Source of the DNA: Candidatus Nanohalobium sp.
GTDB lineage: Archaea > Nanohalarchaeota > Nanosalinia > Nanosalinales > Nanosalinaceae
Direction: 5' to 3'
Assembly: GCA_042217555.1 (NCBI GenBank)
Contig: JBDGSL010000044.1
Coordinates: 1-22,090, forward strand
DNA: 22,090 bases
Part shown: in pieces, positions 1 through 8,600 of the stretch
Layout of the letters: every line of letters starts with the position of its first letter
Position numbering within the stretch: position 1 is the first letter of the stretch
Translations under genes and position numbers: made by a program
The notes under the pieces: generated by a model
What the model was told of the DNA's origin: nothing
Database searches by the model: none
Seen by the model: the letters and a program-made list of their open reading frames with translations, nothing else

Positions 1-1103
1 AACGCTTTTTCCCGTACCTCCTGAGACTCCTGGTACTTCTCGTTCTCCTCTATCAATGCGTCGAGGGTGTGTTCCCGCAGCTTCTCCGTGACACGGGCAG
101 GATGGCCGACACGAACCGCTTTCACTCCCTGGTTCAGGAGGAAGTCAAGCATGTTGTCGACTGCGATGTTGGAGTCTGCTGTCGCAAGCACCGATTTATC
201 CTGCTTCACCGCCTGCTGTATAACCTCTATCGCTGTCGTTGTTTTTCCTGTTCCTGGCGGCCCGTGGATCATGTGAAAGTCTTCGGCACCGAGCGCCTTC
301 TCCACGGCTTCACGCTGCGACTCGTTCAGTTTCTCGTTTTCCCAGTCTTTGACTTCTTCTTTTTCTGGTTCTTCAGGTTCTTCAAGTCCGATAAACTTGT
401 CTCGGAGTCCTTCAAGACTATCTGTTTCAAGTTTGCCGAGGGCATCCTTCATACGCTGGTAAGTAATGTCATTGACGTAGAGATCCATCCTCAGGCCCTT
501 GGACTTCATCATCCAGCCCGGTGCGGAGTCAAAGGCGGCTGTGATCGAGTAATTGGTCTTTTCGATTACTGTGCCTGTCGGGTTGTCGTCCCGAAGCGGG
601 TTGTTCTTCGAGATCATGGCCAGGTCGCCTACACTGATCTCTGTCTCCGGCAGCTCCTCGCCTTTATGGTTCCTCATGAACTTGACTTTCTGTCCCTCGA
701 TTCCCTCACCTTCGTCGCGAGCCCTGAGGTGCAGGACTGCTCTTCCTTTCGCTTCGCGCTCGCTGCCGGACATTTTCTTTATTTCTTCCTCGTGTCGTCG
801 CATCCCCTCCTCTCTTTCCAGCTCCACAAGCTCCTGGTACTCTGATATGTAGTCCTCGACTTCCTCCAGCTTTTCAAGTTCTTCTTTTCCGACTGTGGAG
901 GCTTCAACTTCGTTTCTTCTTATCTTGATGCCGTCTATCTCCTCGGCAGCTTTTCCCACGTCGCCGTCGAACTCGAGGAAGGCTTTCTCTCCTCTGATGT
1001 CGATGTCGCCGATCTTCTTCGGGTTTAGTGAGGTTTCTCCTCCTACAGCCCCGAGGATGTCGCCTGGGCCCTGACTGTCGAGTCCCTGAATTAGAAGCTT
1101 CAT
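1..1103 (-). CDS. Upf1/IGHMBP2-family superfamily 1 helicase with N-terminal DbpA-like RNA-binding domain (partial, continues beyond left edge)
   Basis: Manual minus-strand translation from ATG 1103 is open to the window edge: MKLLIQGLDSQGPGDILGAVGGETSLNPKKIGDIDIRGEKAFLEF... It then shows LYVNDITYQRM, Q motif LNESQREAV, Walker A IHGPPGTGKTT, motif Ia ATADSNIAVDNM and VRVGHPARV. It is absent from the ORF track because no stop falls in the window. Confidence 0.93.
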   Translation of the reverse strand, partial: MKLLIQGLDSQGPGDILGAVGGETSLNPKKIGDIDIRGEKAFLEFDGDVGKAAEEIDGIKIRRNEVEASTVGKEELEKLEEVEDYISEYQELVELEREEGMRRHEEEIKKMSGSEREAKGRAVLHLRARDEGEGIEGQKVKFMRNHKGEELPETEISVGDLAMISKNNPLRDDNPTGTVIEKTNYSITAAFDSAPGWMMKSKGLRMDLYVNDITYQRMKDALGKLETDSLEGLRDKFIGLEEPEEPEKEEVKDWENEKLNESQREAVEKALGAEDFHMIHGPPGTGKTTTAIEVIQQAVKQDKSVLATADSNIAVDNMLDFLLNQGVKAVRVGHPARVTEKLREHTLDALIEENEKYQESQEVREKA

Positions 1104-1130
1104 GTTTTCTGGAGAAGGCCGTGAAAATTT

Positions 1131-1676
1131 TTATTGGCTGGAGTCTGCTGTGCTGTGGTAGGCGTTTTCTTTTTTCCAGCCGGGTTCGAATTCGTAGTTT
1201 ATACCGGATTTTTTGATTGTTTCTGTGAGTTCTTCCATCTTGTTTTTGCAGCATTCGGGTATGAGGTAGCGCCACTCTTCTCCTGATTTTATCCTTCTTC
1301 TGGCTTCTGTTCCTGAGTATATCTCCGGGTTGTAGAGTTCCTGTTCTATTACCTTCATTTCGGTATGTTCTCTGATCAGGCGTTTCACAAGGTCGTTCTG
1401 GGATATTATTGCGTCTGCGTCTGTTTCGGCTTCAAGTTCCTGGGTCCATTTCCTGTGGCTGTCCCTGTCTTCTTTTTCATTTATCTCTAGGCCGGGGAAG
1501 CATTCCTGTATAAGGTTTTTTCTTTCTTCTGCGGTCAGAGGGTTTTCCTCTGTTCTTGATTCTTCCGCACTGCCGATTATAACTGAGAAATCTTCGTGTT
1601 CTTCTCGGTGTTCTTCTATTACTTTTTTGTGGCCTATGTGAAACGGTTGGAATCTTCCAAGGTAGGCTACTTTCAT
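1131..1676 (-). CDS. nadM: Nicotinamide-nucleotide adenylyltransferase (archaeal NadM-type)
   Basis: GRFQPFHIGH motif, IIGSA...ENPLTAEER and SGTEARRRI...W..LIP signatures. Its start overlaps the upstream stop (ATGA, 1673-1676). Confidence 0.88.
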   Translation of the reverse strand: MKVAYLGRFQPFHIGHKKVIEEHREEHEDFSVIIGSAEESRTEENPLTAEERKNLIQECFPGLEINEKEDRDSHRKWTQELEAETDADAIISQNDLVKRLIREHTEMKVIEQELYNPEIYSGTEARRRIKSGEEWRYLIPECCKNKMEELTETIKKSGINYEFEPGWKKENAYHSTADSSQ

Positions 1677-2230
1677 TGAAACTGTTCTTCACCTGCTTCT
1701 ATGACGTCAGATCTTTTTAACTCAGGTATTTCTTTTAATTCGTGTTTCTGCTGAAGTTTCCGGCCTATCAGGTAGTTTAACTGCCAAGGTATCTCTTTTT
1801 CCCCAATTTCCTGGTTCATAAGTTCCTTTGTCTCCGTCCAGTCACTGATTTTGTAGCTGTCTGTTTCCCCGGTTTTTTCTTCAGCGATTTCCGGTAAAAC
1901 CTTATCCAGGAAGATCAATCCGAAACCGTTTCTGAGGCTTCTCTGCCAGTTGAATCTCTGTTCTGCCGGGGATAGTTCGTCGAAAAGGGAGTGTGCGTAG
2001 CCGTAAGCGGTGGCGGTTTTCAGTTTTTTCTTCCACTCCTCATTTTCTGTGTTGAACTCGATGTATAACTTGTTTTCCTCTGCACAGCTGTAAATATCTC
2101 TATCCCATCCGATCTGTATCTGAAGATCTTCTTCCTTTTCTAAAACAGTTTTACAACCGGCTAGAACTCCTTGTACAACCTTTTTTGCTTCCCTAAGTTC
2201 ATGTTCCTCAGGTTTGATAGAATACTCCAT
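1673..2230 (-). CDS. Hypothetical protein, DUF2268/zincin-like with degenerate metal-binding motif
   Basis: Acidic 185-aa ORF coupled to nadM. KLKTATAYGYAHS sits where AHEYxH is expected, and W.LNYLIG near the C-terminus resembles the W.GY..G motif of DUF2268-like proteins. Family assignment is from recollection. Confidence 0.55.
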   Translation of the reverse strand: MEYSIKPEEHELREAKKVVQGVLAGCKTVLEKEEDLQIQIGWDRDIYSCAEENKLYIEFNTENEEWKKKLKTATAYGYAHSLFDELSPAEQRFNWQRSLRNGFGLIFLDKVLPEIAEEKTGETDSYKISDWTETKELMNQEIGEKEIPWQLNYLIGRKLQQKHELKEIPELKRSDVIEAGEEQFQ

Positions 2231-2366
2231 AATTCTGTATAGGACTGTAAAAATTATTAGACTTCAGTTTTTCTTCCAGCAATCTACCTGTCTCTGGAAT
2301 AGCTGATAAGGCCGGAGAAATAACTGCAGAACTGGAACATGCTTCAAGGTTAAAACGCTGCGCTCT

Positions 2367-2921
2367 CTACTTCTTCCATTTGATGCTGCATCCCTGGCTT
2401 GGCTTCTGCTTTTCTGGTGGCTGCCTTCTTTTCAGCATGTCATCTATAACCTGTTTCATCTCTCTTTCTTCTACTTCTTCCTCTGGGGAGGTCTTGTCAT
2501 TCAAGCGTCCGTGATAATACAGGCGGTGCCGCCAGTCCAGCAGGAAAGGGTCCGGTGTGCATTTTGCTCCGTACCTTTCAGCGACTTCCTGTTCATCGTC
2601 TACAAGATAGTAGAAATGACTTGATTCAAGGCCTTCATCTTCGACAAACTCCTCCATTTTATCGACAGAATCCATAGGATGTGTCTCCGCGTTCGGATTG
2701 ATACCTACAATCGCTATGCTGTTGAACTCTTCATCTAATTTTCGGAGTTCTTCTGTCTGCGCTTTCACGTATGGACAGTGGTTGCATATGAATACAACCA
2801 GGACGCCATCGTAGTTGTTCAAATCCTCCAGATCTACTTTCTCCCCTTCATAGTTTTCCAGTTCGAACTCCGGAACGGTTTCTCCTGTTTCAAGTTTTGA
2901 GTCAGATTGTTCAAGCGACAT
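2367..2921 (-). CDS. Thioredoxin-fold redoxin (AhpC/TSA, PRX-like1 family)
   Basis: FICNHCPYV, AKCTPDPFL, YHGRLND and C-terminal SQGCSIKWK. ATG 2921 (MSLEQS) is preferred over TTG 2948. Confidence 0.9.
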   Translation of the reverse strand: MSLEQSDSKLETGETVPEFELENYEGEKVDLEDLNNYDGVLVVFICNHCPYVKAQTEELRKLDEEFNSIAIVGINPNAETHPMDSVDKMEEFVEDEGLESSHFYYLVDDEQEVAERYGAKCTPDPFLLDWRHRLYYHGRLNDKTSPEEEVEEREMKQVIDDMLKRRQPPEKQKPSQGCSIKWKK

Positions 2922-2971
2922 ATCTAGTTTAACTTCACCTGGCTTCAAGTTTTCTTTCCTTCCAAAGCATC

Positions 2972-2977
2972 TTTAAA
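2972..2977 (+). promoter_or_regulatory. TATA box of fba-fbp operon
   Basis: TTTAAA about 25-30 nt upstream of ATG 3002, consistent with a leaderless transcript. It lies in a divergent intergenic region. Confidence 0.55.
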
Positions 2978-3001
2978 CAGAGAAACGTAATACTTCGTAA
3001 T

Positions 3002-3823
3002 ATGAAACAGCATTCTGACTCTCCGATCTATCGAAATGGAAACTCTCTTATCGTGGCTTATGACCACGGGACGGAGCACGGCCCGGTTGATTTTGAGCCG
3101 ATGCCTGAAAGCGCGGATCCAAGACATGTGTTTGAGGTAGCGAGGCATGACGCGGTCACTGCGATCGCACTGCAGAAGGGGAACGCAGAGTACTATCGAG
3201 AATGGCGGGAGAAAAACGGTGTAGAGGATGGAGCGCCGCTTTTGGTCAAGTTGAACGGTAACTCCAACCTTCCGGAAAGAAAGGACTACTACAGTCCGAA
3301 GCAGTGCAGTGTAGAGTATGCTGTAGAAGAACTGGATGCAGACGCAGTTGGATACACAATGTACGCCGGAAGCATCCATGAAGACGAGATGTGGAAGGAG
3401 TTTAGAGAGGTACAGGAGGAAGCAAGGAAATACAACGTCCCTGTGGTTATGTGGAGCTATCCACGTGGAAAAGGAATTGAGGAAAACCCTGATTACTCCG
3501 GTCAGAAGGATCCGGACGTAGTCGCGTATGGAGCAAGATTGGGGCTTGAGCTAGGAGCAGATATGGTTAAATGCAAGTATCCTGGAGAACAGGAAGACTG
3601 GAAACAGCTTGAGGAACAGGTGAAAGGGTTGAAAACTGTTATGTCCGGAGGTTCGAAGAGGTCTGATAGAGAGTTCCTGGAAGATGTCCACGATACGATT
3701 GAGGTCGGAGGGAACGGCCTCGCAGTCGGCAGAAACATCTTCCAGAGGCAGAATCCGGAGAAGCTTCTGGACAAGCTGGAGGAAGTGATTTACAGAGGTA
3801 AAGAACCGGGCCAGGTTCTCTAA
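3002..3823 (+). CDS. fba: Class I fructose-bisphosphate aldolase (DhnA/archaeal type)
   Basis: AYDHGTEHGP, WSYPRG, ELGADMVK (Schiff-base Lys), SGG and GLAVGRNIFQ motifs. Adjacent to FBPase. Confidence 0.92.
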   Translation: MKQHSDSPIYRNGNSLIVAYDHGTEHGPVDFEPMPESADPRHVFEVARHDAVTAIALQKGNAEYYREWREKNGVEDGAPLLVKLNGNSNLPERKDYYSPKQCSVEYAVEELDADAVGYTMYAGSIHEDEMWKEFREVQEEARKYNVPVVMWSYPRGKGIEENPDYSGQKDPDVVAYGARLGLELGADMVKCKYPGEQEDWKQLEEQVKGLKTVMSGGSKRSDREFLEDVHDTIEVGGNGLAVGRNIFQRQNPEKLLDKLEEVIYRGKEPGQVL

Positions 3824-3835
3824 GGTGTTTCAGGG

Positions 3836-4693
3836 ATGGATAAGAGTGAAGTTGTGGATAAGGTTTTCCGTTCGGTGGCTGAAGTCACTCCTCATATAAC
3901 TTCAGGACTTCAGAACAGGAGAGAGTACGTAGGCGAGGAGAATCCCAGCGATGAGGAACAGATGGAAGCTGACGTCTGGGCCAACGAATTCCTTAAAGAA
4001 GAGTTAACGTCGATACATGGAGTCGGCCAGTTCGCATCAGAGGAGGAAGAAGAGATAACTAACTGCGGTGAAGGGCTTTCAGTCACTGTAGACCCTCTTG
4101 ACGGATCATCCAACATCCCTACTAACAACCTGGTCGGGACCATAGTAGGTATCTACGACGGTGAACTTCCCACGAAAGGAGAAAACCTGGTCGCCGCTTT
4201 CTACGTAGTTTACGGGCCTCTGACAACTATCATGAAAGCTGAGGACGGCACTGTCAACGAGTATGTTGTTGAAGAGAGAAAGGAGGATAAAGTAAGCATA
4301 GAACCGGTTTCTGAAAGTATAGATCTGCCTGAAGCATATGTGTTCGGCTTTGGAGGGAACAAGAACTGGACTGAAGATTTCAGGGAGTTCGCCGCAGACA
4401 TAAGGAAAGATTACAAACTCCGTTACGGCGGCGCCTTCGTAGGAGATATAAACCAGGTGATACACCAGGGAGGCATATTCGCATACCCTCACAGGGCGGA
4501 TGCACCTGAAGGCAAGCTCCGACTGCTGTTCGAATGCAACCCGGTCGCATACATAGTAAAAGCTGCCGGAGGATCATCAACAAACACCGAGAAACCGGTT
4601 CTCAAAGTAGAGGCAGAAGAACTGCATCAGAGAGAACCATTCTTCACAGGCAATGAGAAACTGGTAGAGAAAGTAGAAGACAGACTTAGGTAA
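3836..4693 (+). CDS. fbp: Class I fructose-1,6-bisphosphatase
   Basis: ASEE, DPLDGSSN, YGP, LRYGGAFVGD, GGIFAYP and GKLRLLFECNP motifs. An AGGTG SD-like sequence lies just upstream. Confidence 0.95.
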   Translation: MDKSEVVDKVFRSVAEVTPHITSGLQNRREYVGEENPSDEEQMEADVWANEFLKEELTSIHGVGQFASEEEEEITNCGEGLSVTVDPLDGSSNIPTNNLVGTIVGIYDGELPTKGENLVAAFYVVYGPLTTIMKAEDGTVNEYVVEERKEDKVSIEPVSESIDLPEAYVFGFGGNKNWTEDFREFAADIRKDYKLRYGGAFVGDINQVIHQGGIFAYPHRADAPEGKLRLLFECNPVAYIVKAAGGSSTNTEKPVLKVEAEELHQREPFFTGNEKLVEKVEDRLR

Positions 4694-4726
4694 CACTTTT
4701 CAAAACCACTCCTCTTTTTATTATAT

Positions 4727-5173
4727 GTGAGTAGTCAAAACTATCCTGGTTTCTGCCCTCCGGAAATCAAAGAATATAATGATTTTGAGAGCGTTCTAGA
4801 GGAGCTTGAACAGGTTTACAGGGAAGAAGACAAAGACGGCCTGGTTTCTGAAGTTGATGAGGCCAGAGAGAAAGTTGAATCTTATTAGGGTGCGGAAGAA
4901 TGGAAGCTTGCCAGAGAAGATTGGCTGGAGTCCGGATATGTCGCATTTATGGCAGCTCTGATGGATTCAAGTTCTCCCGACGGATTTAAAGACAGTATCG
5001 AGAGAAAAGTAGATGAGATAGTTTACGACAATACTGCAGAAGAAGTCCTTGACGGCGGCTTTGAATCCAGAGATTTTTCCTGCCCTGTAGAAGAGTTTAG
5101 AGAGGAATCTGTAGGACCGGAGCGGCTGCTCATGTACAGAGGGTTTTTGAAGGCCGCAACATCAATCCTGTGA
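4727..5173 (+). pseudogene. Hypothetical acidic protein interrupted by a single in-frame TAG (4886-4888)
   Basis: GTG 4727 opens SSQNYPGFCPPEIKEYNDFESVLEELEQ...VESY*GAEEWKLAREDWLESGYVAF, which continues in frame into the track ORF 4949..5173. The Glu/Asp-rich composition is the same on both sides of the stop. Confidence 0.65.
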
Positions 5174-5230
5174 GACATATACAACCTCTACTTCTAAAAC
5201 ACTTATTACCGAGCAAAAGAACAACATGTT

Positions 5231-5647
5231 ATGGCCGCCCGTTACATCCTCCTAGGAGCCGCAGTAGTTATAGCTGCAGCCATCCTGATACCAGAACCAG
5301 CCGGCAAAAAAGTCTACACAGTAGACGAAGTAATAGAAGCCAAAGAAAGTTTAGAAGGCCAGACTCTGTCAGTAAAAGGCGAAACAGTTAAAGGCAGCGT
5401 CATGTGTACAAAGATGTACTGCACAGACGAAAACCCGTGCTGCAACATATGCTCATCATCTGTCAAACTTAAAGGCAACAAGTCCATAGCACTGGAAGGA
5501 GAAGACATAGGATGCTCGGGCACAAACTGTGAGATGAACTGCACTCCAACAACAGGGAAAAGATACATCGTCACAGGAATTCTTAAACAGCAAAATTCAC
5601 ATCCATACATAGAAACAAGTAGTCTCCGTAGGGTGAACCAAAAATAG
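5231..5647 (+). CDS. Membrane-anchored or exported Cys-rich protein (8 Cys), possible OB-fold
   Basis: N-terminal hydrophobic helix, YTVDEV...EGQTLSVKG, CTKMYCTDENPCCNIC, GCSGTNCEMNCTP and YIVTGIL. Confidence 0.8.
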   Translation: MAARYILLGAAVVIAAAILIPEPAGKKVYTVDEVIEAKESLEGQTLSVKGETVKGSVMCTKMYCTDENPCCNICSSSVKLKGNKSIALEGEDIGCSGTNCEMNCTPTTGKRYIVTGILKQQNSHPYIETSSLRRVNQK

Positions 5648-8600
5648 AAAAAATACTGAAAACTCTCGCTGCAATCCTTCTAACTCTACTGGCAGCATCA
5701 CAGACAGCAGCAGAACCTCCCGGCATACACCTGAAAACAGAAAGCTTCGTACCGGAAGAAACCCGGGCCCAGAACAGCATACAATCACTGCAAACACACT
5801 CCACACCCCCAAGCTACAACCTCATACAGTTCACAAAGCCGACAACACAGAACTACAGAAAAAAACTGCAACACCAAGGAGTCAACTTCATCTCATACAT
5901 ACCCGAAAACGCATGGCTGGTAAAAACCAACACCTCACGAAACAAGATACTCTCACACAACAAAGTAAGATACCTCGGACCCTACAAACCAGAATACAAA
6001 ATAGACCCTGGCCTGAGGAGAGAGAAGTTGGAAAGCCCTGCTCAAGTTCAGATACGAGTTGAGATGTTCAAGGAAAACTCAGGGGATATCCTCTCTGGGC
6101 ACGGCAGTTTAGATGGAAAATTCGGCCCGAAAACATGGAGGCTGGAGACAGAGTACTCCAATATTTCAGATATAGCAGAGGAAGAACAGGTTAAATGGAT
6201 CTCTCCACAATCTCCAGAGCCTATAACACTCAACGACAAGTCTAGAGAAGTTATAGGCGTAGAAAAGCTTCAGTTCGCGCCTTATGAGCTGAACGGAAGC
6301 GGATTCACCGCAGCAATATGGGATGGCGGGCTTGCAGGAAATCATAGCGACCTTAACTATACTCTTACCTGGGCAGAAGGGAATAAAACTGTCCGTGGAG
6401 ATCCGAGTGCAAAAGTAGCAGACCATGCAACACATGTAGCAGGTACCATGCTTGGAGGGGGAAAGAAAGACTCTCAGTATAGAGGAATGGCGCCTGAATC
6501 AAGGCTGCTAACATACAAATGGCCGGTAGACAGTAAAGAGTTGTACGGTGAGATAAACGACTCAATAAACAACTACGACTCAATACTTTCCCAGAACTCC
6601 TGGGGATATAACACATCTTATGGGGAATATAATTATATTTACGGGAACGAATATGATTCTATAGTCTCAAATAGAACTACAACTGTATCTCGGCCTTTTA
6701 ACGTAATTTTTGCAGCTGGTAACGCTCGAGGTCCGCTGGAGAGAGATTACAACACTACTATTCCTCCAGCTACGGCCAAAAATGTTGTCACCGTAGGCGC
6801 AGTCGATGATGCAAAGAAAATGACATATTACTCCTCATGGGGACCTACAGACGATGGACGTATCAAACCTACAGTCGTAGCGGATGGAGGTAACTACAAC
6901 ACGACCGGACTGATTAAGTCAACGATACCCAGTAATACAGTTGACTACTCCTATCCGTACGATGGTATGCAGGGAACCTCCATGGCGGCTCCTGCTGTCT
7001 CTGGAGCAGCGATTCTTCTTAATCAGCAGTTTAATCGTAGTTATGGTTATAAGCCGAGTCCTGCTACTGTGAAGGGAGCTTTCATTCATACTGCTGAGGA
7101 TTTGAATCGGACGGGGCCTGATTATGTTACGGGTTGGGGTCTTGTGAATGCTACTGCTGCTATTGATTACGTTAGTGAGTCGAAGAAGGAGGGTTTGATA
7201 TGGAGGGGTACTGTACGGGATACGAGTGATAACGTGAGCTACGATGTTTCTGTTCCTGAGGGTGAGTCCTTGAACTTTACCTTGGTGTGGAGTGATTATC
7301 CTGGTACTTCGGGTTCTGGTAGGGCGTTGATCAATGATCTGGATCTGGTTGTCAGGAATTCTTCGGGTCACAGGTATTATCCCTGGACGTTGAACTGGTC
7401 GATAAGGAAGCAGCAGGCGGTGAGGACGAAGGAGGATCACAGGAACGTGGTGGAACAGGTTTATGTTCCTGAGACTTTCTCTGGCGAGTTAACTGTCAGT
7501 GTGAATGGTTCCAGTGTTCCTGAGGCTCCACAGAGCTACAGCTTGTTTATGCCTGTTTCGGCCTCTGTTGTTCCTTCTTTAACTGTAGAGACTGTCTCGA
7601 ACACTACTTACGGAGAGGTACCGGACTTCAATGTAAGCTCGGATAGGGATATAATTGACGCGAAGTTCTCGATAGACGGATCTGGGAATTACTCTTTGAA
7701 GGAGAAGAACTCGACCTTTTTCTACAACAGGTCTGTAGAGTTGGCTAATGGGACACATCAAGTTGTCTTCTGGGCGAACAACTCCAACGGCTGGGGTTCG
7801 GAAAGTGTTTACTTCCTGGTTGATGAGGAGAGGCCTGTTATCAATGCAGAAAGCCCTGTGGAGTCTGCGAACGTCTCCGGAAACTTCTCGGTTAATGCCA
7901 CTTGGAGCGACGGGTTTACACAGGTAGTTAATCACAGTTTCACCGTGTCTAACAGGTCCTTTTCAGCCAACCACTCTCTGAACGCTACTTTGAACTCGAC
8001 CGGTCTGGAAGATGGAGAGTACAACGTCACATACAATGTTTCCGACAAGGTCGGGAACTACAACTTTACAAGGCGATCTATCACGGTTGATAACTCCCGG
8101 CCTTCGCTTGAAAGCTTTGATCCTGGTGATGAATCGTTTTCAGGTAACTTCTCGGTTAACGCCACCTGGACTGACAGTGTAACAGGTGTGAAGCAGGCTA
8201 ACTACAGTTTCGGTAATGAAACGTTCAGCAGGAACGGCAGTCTTAACGCTACGGTAGATACATCGAACCTGAGTGAGGGGGTCTATAACCTGAGTTATAT
8301 ACTTCAGGACTACGCCGGCAACTATCTTAACAGGACTTTTCAGGTGTCTATCGACAGGGCATCGCCGTCTTTCGACATCTTTAAGCCTTTGAACGGAAGC
8401 TATGTCGGCCCTGGCTTTGAGATCAACGTCTCTGTGACGGATCCTTTCTCGGACATCGTCTCGGCTAACTATACTCTCTCGAATGGAACTGTTTTGAGGC
8501 AGGGAGAGCTTAACTCTACTGTGGACACGTCCAACCTGTCAGACGCTCTTTACAACCTGTCTTTCACTGCAGAGGACGAGTTCGGAAACGTCAACTCGAC

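Noticed and set aside
69..845. 258-aa plus-strand ORF (and 67..276, 553..852, 904..1275)
   Set aside because: Antisense or off-frame shadows of the SF1 helicase and nadM, with no recognisable motifs.
2925..2933. TAGTTTAAC upstream of the Prx-like gene, resembling the grx operator half-site
   Set aside because: Only one imperfect half-site with no second arm; too weak to add to the regulon.
4886..4888. Pyrrolysine or alternative genetic code
   Set aside because: TAG terminates other genes here and no pyl genes are visible.
6919..7440. 173-aa antisense ORF within the subtilase
   Set aside because: A by-product of G/T wobble bias removing antisense stops; the Ile/Arg/Thr/Pro-rich composition is non-halophilic.
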